Source: Escherichia coli (lineage in GTDB: Bacteria; Pseudomonadota; Gammaproteobacteria; Enterobacterales; Enterobacteriaceae). From it: a stretch of 64,000 nucleotides of DNA. The stretch lies in the NCBI RefSeq assembly GCF_030013595.1, contig NZ_CP122768.1, one strand, 5' to 3'. The notes beneath the pieces are model-generated. The model was not told the DNA's origin. It saw nothing but the letters and a program-made list of their open reading frames with translations, and made no database searches. This document shows, piece after piece, positions 15,025-24,670 of the stretch (its first letter is position 1; each line of letters starts with the position of its first letter). Made by a program: the position numbers and the translations under genes.

Positions 15025-17337
15025 TCAATACAACTCATCAAGTTTTCTCATCGCTTGTTCCCGTATTGCGCGCGTCTTACCGTTAAGCGCCAGCTGCCGA
15101 ACTAAATCCAGTTCAGGGTTAACAAGCTCTAACGCCAGCAAAGGATCACGTTTCAGCCTCGCCTTTAATACATCAACTGGAAAACGGGGATTATTCATCG
15201 CCACAATCCACCACTCGGGATCAATTTCTGCCGCCAGTACTGCAGGCGGTGTGTGGCGGTTGCTAAGTGCGCCGAACTTGAAAAATGTGAGATTGCTTTT
15301 CGCCAGTGTACTCCACCATATACGATCCGGTTGTTTTGCCAGTACATCCAGTTGTGCTAACGCATCGGGGTCTAGTGCATAATATACACGTAACGCTTCG
15401 TTAACCTGCGCACGGGAACTGTTTTCCTGCCTCAGAAAAAACTTCGCCAAAATATCATTGCGTGGCGTGTTTTGCTGTAATTCCTTGAGAACAACAGCGG
15501 GTAAATTATCCCAACTAATTAATGCACTCTCTAAAAAGTCCCAGCCTTCCGAACGTATCAGAGAGGTGGCATTTAATAGCATCTGGTCATCAACTTCACC
15601 GTGGCTAATCAGCTCAGACAAAATCATATCAGCGCTGGTTTCATATGCTGCAGAATCTGCTTTCGGATTATTTTTTCGATGCGATAAAGCGCGATGCCAA
15701 ATTTTTTGTTTCATCGCCGTACTCAGATACTGATTTTTCGCCAGATTACTCCACCCCGCAGGATCGTTGAAACGTGTCAATAACCGTTGTAAAGCGGCGT
15801 CAGAGTGAATTACCTGCATATCCTGACAGCAAAAATAGGCAGGAAATTTTTTCTCCATCTTTTTAACAAAATTAAACTGTAAGTTATCTGGCAATGCTAA
15901 AAATAACACACGTATTAGATCATCGTCATTCTCGAATTTTTGGTGTAAATATACTGCTATTTTGTCACTCTCTTGTGGCGTCATCCGCAACAATTGACCA
16001 TGGTGTTTCATCTCTGCCAGCTTTGACGCTAAGCTTGTGACAACATCGTTTGATGAATCGTTCGCCAACTGCATTGCCTGATTGTAGGTGAGTTGTCCTC
16101 CAGCACCGACCTGACGAATAGAGAAATCATCACTGCGGATATAGCCATCAATAATGGATTCGGGCAATAACCACGCATCTTTATAAAGCTCCTGAATGAT
16201 CATATCCCAATCTCTTTTCGCCAGAGTCATGACGATATCCAGAGGGAGATTTTCACGTAGCGCAAGATTCAACGGACCGACACCATCAGGTAGATGACTC
16301 ATTCGCGTCATTATTTCGACAGAGAGCGGTTCACGGTCGAGCAACCCCAGAACAACAGGCTGGTAACCCAATTGCTGATCGGTCAACTCCAGAATCTCAT
16401 TGTCAGGCATATATCTCGCCATACTTGCAATCGTTTGTCCATCATTGCTATTAATAAGTTGTTTGCGTAGGTTAGCTGAAATTCCTTTAAGCCTTGGGAG
16501 AGTTCGCATTACGGCAAGATCAAATGTCGCAATGTCTCGTCCTTCAAATGCAGCAACTTTGCCTTCATCCAGCATTTGCAATTCCTGCACTAACTCAGGA
16601 GAAGGCTTAGGGCGAAACAGCGCTTCTTTTTTCATCTGATTACAGACATTCCCTGCCATGCGAATATTGCTTCGCTTAAAAATTTCTTTCAGAGCATCTT
16701 CATCATTTATTAGGCCCCAATAATATGCATCAGGATTTATTATCGCCAGCGCTTTTTTGACATTTTCAGTGTCATTTTTGTCACTCGCACGGACCATGAA
16801 TTCACTATTTGTCGAAGACGCAACAACAGGTGCAATTATGTCATTGATAAATATCCCACGCGCATTAATACTCCCCTTAATCGTAGACGGATTATCGTAA
16901 TATGAGTCGATAAATACCAGTCCACTTGCATTTATCGAACCGGTAATTAACAGTGGTGAATCCGTAACTATATTCGTTGCCGTCACATCACCGAGAATAA
17001 CCCATGGATTAGAAAGAGAGAAAGTGGAAATATTACCTTTGACTGTCAAATTGCCAAGAACAATCAATTTTTGATTACTCTCTATATTACCTTCTACCAC
17101 TAAATCGCCACGATGCACTTTCCAGTCCGATGCAGATAAACCGAAGGGGACAAGATTCACGCTACTGTTGATAGCTTGTTCAACTTGTTGTTTATCTTCA
17201 GCGGTAGCCGCAGAAAAAAATGGTTCAATATCAACTGCATTTGCAACACATCGAAGTTCCGCCTGTACTGGAAGACTCAGCATAAACAGGGGAAGTAAAC
17301 CTATCCAGCTGCAAATCCTGGGCTTAAACATATGCAC
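15025..17337 (-). CDS. ydbD: large secreted/periplasmic protein YdbD
   Basis: 770-aa ORF with N-terminal signal peptide; position between ynbA and the IS200 copy; a start two codons downstream is also possible. Confidence 0.8.
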   Translation of the reverse strand: MHMFKPRICSWIGLLPLFMLSLPVQAELRCVANAVDIEPFFSAATAEDKQQVEQAINSSVNLVPFGLSASDWKVHRGDLVVEGNIESNQKLIVLGNLTVKGNISTFSLSNPWVILGDVTATNIVTDSPLLITGSINASGLVFIDSYYDNPSTIKGSINARGIFINDIIAPVVASSTNSEFMVRASDKNDTENVKKALAIINPDAYYWGLINDEDALKEIFKRSNIRMAGNVCNQMKKEALFRPKPSPELVQELQMLDEGKVAAFEGRDIATFDLAVMRTLPRLKGISANLRKQLINSNDGQTIASMARYMPDNEILELTDQQLGYQPVVLGLLDREPLSVEIMTRMSHLPDGVGPLNLALRENLPLDIVMTLAKRDWDMIIQELYKDAWLLPESIIDGYIRSDDFSIRQVGAGGQLTYNQAMQLANDSSNDVVTSLASKLAEMKHHGQLLRMTPQESDKIAVYLHQKFENDDDLIRVLFLALPDNLQFNFVKKMEKKFPAYFCCQDMQVIHSDAALQRLLTRFNDPAGWSNLAKNQYLSTAMKQKIWHRALSHRKNNPKADSAAYETSADMILSELISHGEVDDQMLLNATSLIRSEGWDFLESALISWDNLPAVVLKELQQNTPRNDILAKFFLRQENSSRAQVNEALRVYYALDPDALAQLDVLAKQPDRIWWSTLAKSNLTFFKFGALSNRHTPPAVLAAEIDPEWWIVAMNNPRFPVDVLKARLKRDPLLALELVNPELDLVRQLALNGKTRAIREQAMRKLDELY

Positions 17338-17359
17338 TCCATGCCATTAAAAAAGAATA

Positions 17360-18068
17360 AATATCCTCCGGCATAGCCGGAGGTTTTTCAAATGCGCCTG
17401 TAAGGCTCTGTTACCAGCCGCGCCCTAACAGGCGCATACGATCTGACATTTGCATTCAACTTCGTTACTTACGGCCCGTAAACGGGCTGCCCGGATATGG
17501 AATCGATAACTGCTCCCCCATTTTATCCTCTTCAAGCTGGTGCTTTATGTAGTCCTGTATCTTCGCCGTGTTCTTACCCACCGTATCGACATAGTACCCT
17601 CGGCACCAGAACTCCCTGTTTCTGTATTTGAATTTCAAATCCCCAAACTGCTCGTAAAGCATCAGACTGCTTTTCCCTTTCAGATATCCCATAAAGCCGG
17701 ATACGCTCATTTTGGGTGGGATTTCCACAAGCATATGGATATGATCTGCGCAGCACTCTGCTTCCAGAATCCGTACGCTTTTCCACTCACACAGCTTTCT
17801 CAAAATACTGCCTATCGCCCTACGCTTCTCTCCGTAAAACGCCAGTCTTCGGTATTTCGGCGCAAAAACTATGTGATATTTACAGTTCCAGCGGGTGTGC
17901 GCTAAGCTCTTTTCGTCCCCCATTGGGACCCCCTTTTGATTTCTTGTTTGACACTTGCAGTTGCCAGACCGCAAGGTGTTTTAACAAATCAAAAGGGGTT
18001 TTAATAACTGGCTCAAAGCTGAAAGCTTTCCGGAACCCCCAGCCTAGCTGGGGGTTTTCTGTGCACAA
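17360..18068 (-). mobile_element. IS200 insertion sequence (IS200/IS605 family), boundaries approximate
   Basis: Contains IS200-type TnpA; perfect palindrome aacccccagcctagctgggggtt (18036-18058) upstream of tnpA and a second inverted repeat (about 17388-17438) downstream, as expected for the structured, repeat-less ends of IS200. Confidence 0.6.
17465..17923 (-). CDS. tnpA: IS200 transposase TnpA (HUH/Y1 single-strand transposase)
   Basis: 152-aa product MGDEKSLAHTRWNCKYHIVFAPKYRR... with HUH motif (ADHIHML) and catalytic Tyr region; recalled IS200 TnpA sequence is near-identical. Confidence 0.9.
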   Translation of the reverse strand: MGDEKSLAHTRWNCKYHIVFAPKYRRLAFYGEKRRAIGSILRKLCEWKSVRILEAECCADHIHMLVEIPPKMSVSGFMGYLKGKSSLMLYEQFGDLKFKYRNREFWCRGYYVDTVGKNTAKIQDYIKHQLEEDKMGEQLSIPYPGSPFTGRK

Positions 18069-18072
18069 ATAA

Positions 18073-18103
18073 AAAACCGCAACCTGTATCAGCGTTGCGG
18101 TTT
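18073..18103 (-). terminator. rho-independent terminator downstream of paaY
   Basis: On the minus strand, stem aaccgcaac...gttgcggtt followed by TTTTTTATTT. Confidence 0.5.
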
Positions 18104-18145
18104 GTGTATCACATGCTAAAAATTAGAACGTCCAGCATCAGGACG

Positions 18146-18736
18146 TTACTGTTTCGGTCGCAGATTCTCATCAAATACCAGGCGCTGCCTGCCAGGTTCA
18201 ACTTCCCGCAATGGCTCGACTTGATGTAACGTCTGCTTACAGCGTGTCACCAGCACCTGGTACTCATGCGCACCCTGCTTTTTCCATGCCAACTCCTGCT
18301 CACTGAGTTCACGAATCGCTTTCGCCGGGCTGCCGACAATCAGGTAATTAGCTGGCATTTCTGCTTTGGCTTTCACAAATGCGGATGCGCCAACAATGCT
18401 GTTCTCGCCAATCACCGCACCGTCTATCACTACCGCGTTCATTCCCACTAATGCATTGCGGCGGATAATGCAGCCGTGAAGGATAGCGCTATGACCAATA
18501 TGTCCATCTTCTTCCACGACAGTATCCTGCTCGGGAAAACCGTGCATAACGCAATTATCCTGAATGTTCGCGCCATCTTTCACCACGATACGACCAAAAT
18601 CGCCACGCAGGCTGGCATTTGGCCCAACGTAAACACCCTTGCCGAGAATAACATCGCCGATCAATACCGCTGTCGGATGAACAAAACTCTCTTCTGGCAC
18701 AACCGGAGTCAGACCGTCTATCTGATAAATTGGCAT
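18146..18736 (-). CDS. paaY: hexapeptide-repeat (gamma-carbonic-anhydrase-like) protein PaaY
   Basis: 196-aa ORF with left-handed beta-helix hexapeptide repeats; recalled PaaY length and N-terminus ([11 protein letters not shown]) match. Confidence 0.85.
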   Translation of the reverse strand: MPIYQIDGLTPVVPEESFVHPTAVLIGDVILGKGVYVGPNASLRGDFGRIVVKDGANIQDNCVMHGFPEQDTVVEEDGHIGHSAILHGCIIRRNALVGMNAVVIDGAVIGENSIVGASAFVKAKAEMPANYLIVGSPAKAIRELSEQELAWKKQGAHEYQVLVTRCKQTLHQVEPLREVEPGRQRLVFDENLRPKQ

Positions 18737-18843
18737 AACGCGTCCTGTTCAATATTCAAGCCGCCAAAACGTTGAAAATACAGGCTTCCCGGCGCAGGCA
18801 GTTCACCGACCGAGGTTTCACCTTTTTCACTAACGAACGCTAA

Positions 18844-19077
18844 AGCAGCAGGCGCTACGCGCTGATAAAGTTTGCCGATAAAGGTTTGGTGGTCGCGCAA
18901 TATATTCGTAACCGTCGTCTCGATTTTTGTGCTGATGCGATTCGCCATGCCGCAGATGATGAAAAACTGGCAGGTATTGGCTTTCATTGGGGATTTTCCG
19001 ATCAGAGTCATTTTTCAACGGTATTTAAGCAACGCTTTGGGATGACGCCAGGCGAGTATCGACGTAAATTCCGCTAA
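18844..19077 (+). pseudogene. feaR: 3' remnant of AraC-family regulator feaR (C-terminal HTH only)
   Basis: In-frame stop at 18841; remaining frame encodes only the AraC-type second helix-turn-helix (IGFHWGFSDQSHFSTVFKQRFGMTPGEYRRKF); convergent with ydbL as in K-12. Confidence 0.6.
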
Positions 19078-19248
19078 CTAATTCGCGTTGCATGTACAGC
19101 AACGCGAATTAGTTAAAACAGATATTTGACTATGCATTTTTCAGGGCGAAAGGCAATTTGACAGGAATTTTTGAATATTCACCTTGTTTCCGGAAAATAG
19201 AATAATCGCCTTCTCCTGTAGCGTTATCCCGATATTGCGGTTTTGCTA

Positions 19249-19575
19249 TTAAAATTTTCGCACCCATTTACCGTTTATCCCTTGTACATATTCCCCCGGT
19301 TTAGCCCGAGCTACGAGCTTTTGCCCGGCGAGTTTCGCGATATCATCTACCGAGACATTATTTTGCTTTGCCAGTTGTTGGTAACTCGCTTTACGTTCGG
19401 CATTAATGTCGTTTACTAATTTCTCTGTTTCAGCATCTGTTTTCAGCGCAACCAGATAACCATAAAATGTTTCCCCTACCCGCCCCTGAGTTCTGGCTTC
19501 ATCCAGAGTCAATGCCATTACATTGCTGCTTACAAGCCCAACAAGAAACGCACAAAGAAGTAATGTTTTCTTCAT
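19249..19575 (-). CDS. ydbL: DUF1318-family periplasmic protein
   Basis: Signal peptide MMKKTLLLCAFLVGLVSSNVMA; start at internal Met giving 108 aa and ending 8 bp before the ynbE stop. Confidence 0.8.
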   Translation of the reverse strand: MKKTLLLCAFLVGLVSSNVMALTLDEARTQGRVGETFYGYLVALKTDAETEKLVNDINAERKASYQQLAKQNNVSVDDIAKLAGQKLVARAKPGEYVQGINGKWVRKF

Positions 19576-19582
19576 CATCGCC

Positions 19583-19768
19583 TCAGAAAAGATCGCTACG
19601 AGTCTCAAGCAGCTCTTCGACATCTTTGTCTGCCTTGATGATGATCTCATGCTCAATTTTAACGTTCATATTGATAGTGATCGGTTCCTTAGGTGCAGCG
19701 ACTTCAATGCGAGGCGTACAGCCAACCAGCATAAAAGATGACGTCAACGCAGCCAGTAAAATTTTCAT
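19583..19768 (-). CDS. ynbE: small lipoprotein
   Basis: 61-aa ORF with lipobox LVGC; overlaps the ydbH stop by 4 bp. Confidence 0.8.
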   Translation of the reverse strand: MKILLAALTSSFMLVGCTPRIEVAAPKEPITINMNVKIEHEIIIKADKDVEELLETRSDLF

Positions 19769-22404
19769 TGTTTTTCCTCACACTCTTTTCCTTGCGGACA
19801 GTCATTTCCCGGCAGACGTGCGTTCTGCTCCAACCATGCCTGGAGATTATCGCCAAAGCGTAAACTGCGCCACAGCGTAAAAATATTCTCTTCATGATGG
19901 TAATTAAGGTTTACCGTACCGCTTTTACCATCAACGCGACTGGTACCTGTAATGTTGGCCTGCATGGTTAATAAACCGAGATTATCTAAGTTAATTTTTG
20001 TCGATGAACGGCTAATTTCCATATAGCGCAACCAGTTAATTGCTGAACCCGCAGTCATATTATCTTTTACCACCGCATCAGCAGTGTCTTTATCCAGCCG
20101 CAAGGTCATTGGCCCACTATTTGCCAGCCAGCCATCTTTCACTATCCATTTTTCATTGTTTAGCCATAACGGCAATGCACCACTAAATGCCCCGGACATG
20201 GCGAATTGTTTCGGATTGACGGCGCTAACCAGTTCGCTGGATGAGAGATTATTCAGCCGCAACAGCGCCGGGTCATGTTGCGGCATGCGTAATTGTTTCA
20301 TCAGCACGTTACCGCCTAACACATCGACGCTAACATCAGTCAACAGCAATGGTTCTTCTTCTGTCCACGGATAGCGCCCTTGCAAATCAGCCGTAATATT
20401 TTTCGCTGTCACCAGATTAATCACTTCGGCAATTCGCAACGTAACGGGGCCGCGAGTCCCCAGATGCCAGGCTCCATCGGCAAAACGGAAAGGCAGGACA
20501 AAATCGACACCGTTAACCTGATTATCTGGCATCCAGGCACTACCGCCTTTCAACACGCCGTGCCCTCCCGCGCGGAATCCTTGTTCAGGCGCAGCAGAAA
20601 ATGCAACCTGAGCATACAGTTCACCATCGCGTAAGTTCATCTTCCAGTCGGGTGGCACCAGCGGCTGGAATACAGTCAGTGATTGTTTAGGCCACCAGGC
20701 GTTACCGCGCAGACGAATACCGTCCCAGCGACCATTTACCCGAACCGGGCCAATCTCACCAGCATGTAAATCGCCTTTAAAGAGGAAATACGTCGGATCG
20801 CGTCCATCGACGCTAAATTTTAAGGTTGATGGCGGTAACACACTGCCGCCAGTGAACAGCGTTTGCCCGGCGTCCAGTGACAGCGCGCCGCTAAAGGAGG
20901 GATGCTGTGCGTCACGTACCCAGACGACGGGCTTGTCGAGAATTAGTCGCGGCTTTTCTACCGTCATCGTACCGTATTGTAACTGGTCGAAACCGGTGGA
21001 GAGATCGGTCAGCGTAATCGTGCTGTCATGCCACTCACCCTTTCCTGCGACATCCCAGGTGGCATTCATCGGTGTAAAACTGCCTTTTCCCCAGTAGCGC
21101 CACTGCCAGCGGCCAGCGTCAGGGAGAAAATCATTCGCCAGTCCATCCATATGCAGCACGAAATCGCCCAGTTCATTTTCATGCGCCTGCAAAATGGCCT
21201 GCAAACGTCCGTCAACACCACGTTGGGTGACTTTTACACCCGCTAAAGGCCAGCGGATTTCATCGATGTCCAGCGAATCAATGACTCTTCCCTTTGAACG
21301 AAGTAACGCGCCAGGCTCAAAGGCCAGCGTTGGGTCAGTCAGACTTCCGCTTAGCTTCGCAGGTAAACGGGCATATAAAATGAGGTCCGCCTGTTTCGCT
21401 TCACCGGTCAGCTGCAGAGGCAGCTGGCTGTTATCCATGCTTAATTTTCCTGGGCCAAAATTAAGCACCGCGTTGCCTTTACCCGCTTGCCCCTGGGTCA
21501 GCACACTCAGTCGTCCGCTGACCAGAGCGTTCTCGAGCCCTGCCTGCCAGTTGTCGACTTTGACACCCAGTCTGCCACTCAAAGGAAAACCTGCATACGG
21601 CCAGCTCCAGCGACCATCGCTTACAGTCAATTGTTGGCGAGTAATTTGCCACGGCAAATCGAGCAACGGATCGCCATTATCCCGTGCCAGCACAATCAAT
21701 TGCCCGCTATTTTCCTGCCAGTCCAGCTCGGCATCCACCAGTGAAGGCTCCTGCGGCAAGTTTAACGTCGCAGTAGCATGACCACTTACCGGAAGTCCAT
21801 CCGGCACGAGCGGCATAGTAAATTCCCCCACCAGTTTTATCGGTGGCTGATTTTCAAACGCGGCGACATTCAGTTCGCTGACTGTAAGTTGTTGCCCTTT
21901 AAGCTGGCCTTGAAATTTAACTTTTTCGCCCTGATAACGCAGTTGCTGGATATCAGAGGTTAACGCGAGAGAGAGTTTTCCCTGCCACTCCTGCCAGGGA
22001 GAAAAAATCAGTTTATCGATATTGATCCAGGTGTTAGGCAACATGGCCTGCCACTGCGCGAGGGTTTTTGGAGCGGCAGGCGATTGCTCCGTCTGCGGCA
22101 ATTTCGCCAGACAAGCAGAATCAAGTTCTACCGTGCCGACGTTCAATAACCAGCGGCTCGGATGTGAAAGGCTGGCGTTGGTGATATGCGCAAGCTGACA
22201 ATCTCCCACCAGATAACGGAGATCGGGAATGATTAAACCTTTACGCGTAATGCGTGGGCTTTCATCTAATGCAATACGTGTCCCGAGCGGTAGCCAGATG
22301 CCCGCCAGCGTGGGAACCCACAAGCCGAGCGTCATCAGCAGCGTCAACGGCACAAGAATAATCAGTAATAACAGCGCGAGAACGGCTTTATATTTACCCA
22401 GCAT
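19765..22404 (-). CDS. ydbH: AsmA-like/DUF748-family large envelope protein
   Basis: 879-aa ORF with N-terminal TM anchor; ydbH-ynbE-ydbL operon arrangement. Confidence 0.85.
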   Translation of the reverse strand: MLGKYKAVLALLLLIILVPLTLLMTLGLWVPTLAGIWLPLGTRIALDESPRITRKGLIIPDLRYLVGDCQLAHITNASLSHPSRWLLNVGTVELDSACLAKLPQTEQSPAAPKTLAQWQAMLPNTWINIDKLIFSPWQEWQGKLSLALTSDIQQLRYQGEKVKFQGQLKGQQLTVSELNVAAFENQPPIKLVGEFTMPLVPDGLPVSGHATATLNLPQEPSLVDAELDWQENSGQLIVLARDNGDPLLDLPWQITRQQLTVSDGRWSWPYAGFPLSGRLGVKVDNWQAGLENALVSGRLSVLTQGQAGKGNAVLNFGPGKLSMDNSQLPLQLTGEAKQADLILYARLPAKLSGSLTDPTLAFEPGALLRSKGRVIDSLDIDEIRWPLAGVKVTQRGVDGRLQAILQAHENELGDFVLHMDGLANDFLPDAGRWQWRYWGKGSFTPMNATWDVAGKGEWHDSTITLTDLSTGFDQLQYGTMTVEKPRLILDKPVVWVRDAQHPSFSGALSLDAGQTLFTGGSVLPPSTLKFSVDGRDPTYFLFKGDLHAGEIGPVRVNGRWDGIRLRGNAWWPKQSLTVFQPLVPPDWKMNLRDGELYAQVAFSAAPEQGFRAGGHGVLKGGSAWMPDNQVNGVDFVLPFRFADGAWHLGTRGPVTLRIAEVINLVTAKNITADLQGRYPWTEEEPLLLTDVSVDVLGGNVLMKQLRMPQHDPALLRLNNLSSSELVSAVNPKQFAMSGAFSGALPLWLNNEKWIVKDGWLANSGPMTLRLDKDTADAVVKDNMTAGSAINWLRYMEISRSSTKINLDNLGLLTMQANITGTSRVDGKSGTVNLNYHHEENIFTLWRSLRFGDNLQAWLEQNARLPGNDCPQGKECEEKQ

Positions 22405-22611
22405 GGGTAGTTAATATCCTGATTTAGCGAAAAATTAAGCATTCAATACGGGTATTGTGGCATGTTTAACCGTTCAGTTGAAGGTTGCGCCTACACTAAG
22501 CATAGTTGTTGATGAATTTTTCAATATCGCCATAGCTTTCAATTATATTTGAAATTTTGTAAAATATTTTTAGTAGCTTAAATGTGATTCAACATCACTG
22601 GAGAAAGTCTT

Positions 22612-23601
22612 ATGAAACTCGCCGTTTATAGCACAAAACAGTACGACAAGAAGTACCTGCAACAGGTGAACGAGTCCTTTGGCTTTGAGCTGGAATTTTT
22701 TGACTTTCTGCTGACGGAAAAAACCGCTAAAACTGCCAATGGCTGCGAAGCGGTATGTATTTTCGTAAACGATGACGGCAGCCGCCCGGTGCTGGAAGAG
22801 CTGAAAAAGCACGGCGTTAAATATATCGCCCTGCGCTGTGCCGGTTTCAATAACGTCGACCTTGACGCGGCAAAAGAACTGGGGCTGAAAGTAGTCCGTG
22901 TTCCAGCCTATGATCCAGAAGCCGTTGCTGAACACGCCATCGGTATGATGATGACGCTGAACCGCCGTATTCATCGCGCGTATCAGCGTACTCGTGACGC
23001 CAACTTCTCTCTGGAAGGTCTGACCGGCTTTACTATGTATGGCAAAACGGCAGGCGTTATCGGTACCGGTAAAATCGGTGTGGCGATGCTGCGCATTCTG
23101 AAAGGTTTTGGTATGCGTCTGCTGGCGTTCGATCCGTATCCAAGTGCGGCGGCACTGGAACTCGGTGTGGAGTATGTCGATCTGCCAACCCTGTTCTCTG
23201 AATCAGACGTTATCTCTCTGCACTGCCCGCTGACACCGGAAAACTACCATCTGTTGAACGAAGCCGCCTTCGATCAGATGAAAAATGGCGTGATGATCGT
23301 CAATACCAGTCGCGGTGCATTGATTGATTCTCAGGCGGCAATTGAAGCGCTGAAAAATCAGAAAATTGGTTCGTTGGGTATGGACGTGTATGAGAACGAA
23401 CGCGATCTGTTCTTTGAAGACAAATCCAACGACGTGATCCAGGATGACGTGTTCCGTCGTCTGTCTGCCTGCCACAACGTGCTGTTTACCGGGCACCAGG
23501 CATTCCTGACAGCAGAAGCACTGACCAGTATTTCTCAGACTACGCTGCAAAACTTAAGCAATCTGGAAAAAGGCGAAACCTGCCCGAACGAACTGGTTTA
23601 A
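22612..23601 (+). CDS. ldhA: fermentative D-lactate dehydrogenase
   Basis: 329-aa D-isomer 2-hydroxyacid dehydrogenase with NAD-binding GVIGTGKIG motif; begins MKLAVYSTKQYDKKYLQQVN. Confidence 0.95.
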   Translation: MKLAVYSTKQYDKKYLQQVNESFGFELEFFDFLLTEKTAKTANGCEAVCIFVNDDGSRPVLEELKKHGVKYIALRCAGFNNVDLDAAKELGLKVVRVPAYDPEAVAEHAIGMMMTLNRRIHRAYQRTRDANFSLEGLTGFTMYGKTAGVIGTGKIGVAMLRILKGFGMRLLAFDPYPSAAALELGVEYVDLPTLFSESDVISLHCPLTPENYHLLNEAAFDQMKNGVMIVNTSRGALIDSQAAIEALKNQKIGSLGMDVYENERDLFFEDKSNDVIQDDVFRRLSACHNVLFTGHQAFLTAEALTSISQTTLQNLSNLEKGETCPNELV

Positions 23602-23607
23602 TCTTGC

Positions 23608-23630
23608 CGCTCCCCTGCATTCCAGGGGAG
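23608..23630 (+). terminator. hairpin terminator after ldhA
   Basis: gctcccctg-cattc-caggggagc perfect inverted repeat directly after the ldhA stop. Confidence 0.45.
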
Positions 23631-23711
23631 CTGATTCAGATAATCCCCAATGACCTTTCATCCTCTATTCTTAAAATAGTCCTGAGTCAGAAACTGTAAT
23701 TGAGAACCACA

Positions 23712-24134
23712 ATGAAGAAAGTAGCCGCGTTTGTTGCGCTAAGCCTGCTGATAGCGGGATGTGTAAGTAATGACAAAATTGCTGTAACCCCAGAACAGCT
23801 ACAGCATCATCGCTTTGTGCTGGAAAGCGTAAACGGTAAGCCCGTGACCAGCGATAAAAATCCGCCAGAAATCAGCTTTGGTGAAAAGATGATGATTTCC
23901 GGCAGCATGTGTAACCGCTTTAGCGGTGAAGGCAAACTGTCTAATGGTGAACTGACAGCCAAAGGGCTGGCAATGACCCGTATGATGTGCGCTAACCCGC
24001 AGCTTAATGAACTCGATAACACCATTAGCGAAATGCTGAAAGAAGGTGCACAAGTGGATCTGACCGCGAACCAGTTAACGCTGGCGACCGCGAAACAGAC
24101 ATTAACTTATAAGCTGGCGGATTTAATGAATTAA
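23712..24134 (+). CDS. hslJ: heat-shock lipoprotein HslJ (META domain)
   Basis: 140-aa product MKKVAAFVALSLLIAGC with lipobox. Confidence 0.85.
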   Translation: MKKVAAFVALSLLIAGCVSNDKIAVTPEQLQHHRFVLESVNGKPVTSDKNPPEISFGEKMMISGSMCNRFSGEGKLSNGELTAKGLAMTRMMCANPQLNELDNTISEMLKEGAQVDLTANQLTLATAKQTLTYKLADLMN

Positions 24135-24397
24135 TAGCTGCCACAGCTCCCGGCGGCAAGTGACTGTTCGCTACAGCGTTTGCCGTTGGGTAATGCACAC
24201 ATCCCAATCGCCGTACCATCCAGTTGACGGGCAACAGAAAGCGAACCGCCGATCATTGCACAACTTGCTTCTCCACTACTGGACATCGACGCTTTTAAAC
24301 CTGGCGCTACGTGCGCCGCAGTCGCCTGCTGAACAGGTTCACTACTACACGCCGACAATAATAAAGCGGCACACCCTACCCAAAACGCTGCTCGCAT
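24131..24397 (-). CDS. ydbJ: DUF333-family small secreted protein
   Basis: 88-aa ORF with signal peptide and lipobox-like LLSAC; convergent with hslJ. Confidence 0.7.
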   Translation of the reverse strand: MRAAFWVGCAALLLSACSSEPVQQATAAHVAPGLKASMSSSGEASCAMIGGSLSVARQLDGTAIGMCALPNGKRCSEQSLAAGSCGSY

Positions 24398-24670
24398 CTT
24401 TTCTTCCTCTGATCTTCAAGCCAAACGACACCGCCATAAATAATAGGCAGCACAGAGGGCGACGTCGAGAGCTGTCCTGCGCGTTGCCCCGCATTTTTAC
24501 TTTTTTATGGCTATTTTTTTGCCCTCTGTTTGATCAAAACATTCATTACGCTGATGTGGGGGACACAAAAGCGAAAATGCAGAAGAAAGCCATTTGCTAA
24601 AATTGAAGGATTACTACTGGGCGCGCAGCAATTTCGTGCGCCCCTCATTTGCGCAATGTAAGGGTGTCAT

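Noticed and set aside
17540-18072. Plus-strand ORFs overlapping IS200 (17540..17905, 17716..18072)
   Set aside because: Antisense to tnpA and the IS200 end hairpins; no independent support.
18718-19018. Minus-strand ORFs (97 and 62 aa) across the paaY-feaR junction
   Set aside because: Antisense to the feaR remnant and lacking RBS; region is better explained as the junction itself.
20084-21781. Plus-strand ORFs inside ydbH (20084..20374, 21194..21781 and others)
   Set aside because: Shadow ORFs antisense to the 879-aa ydbH gene.
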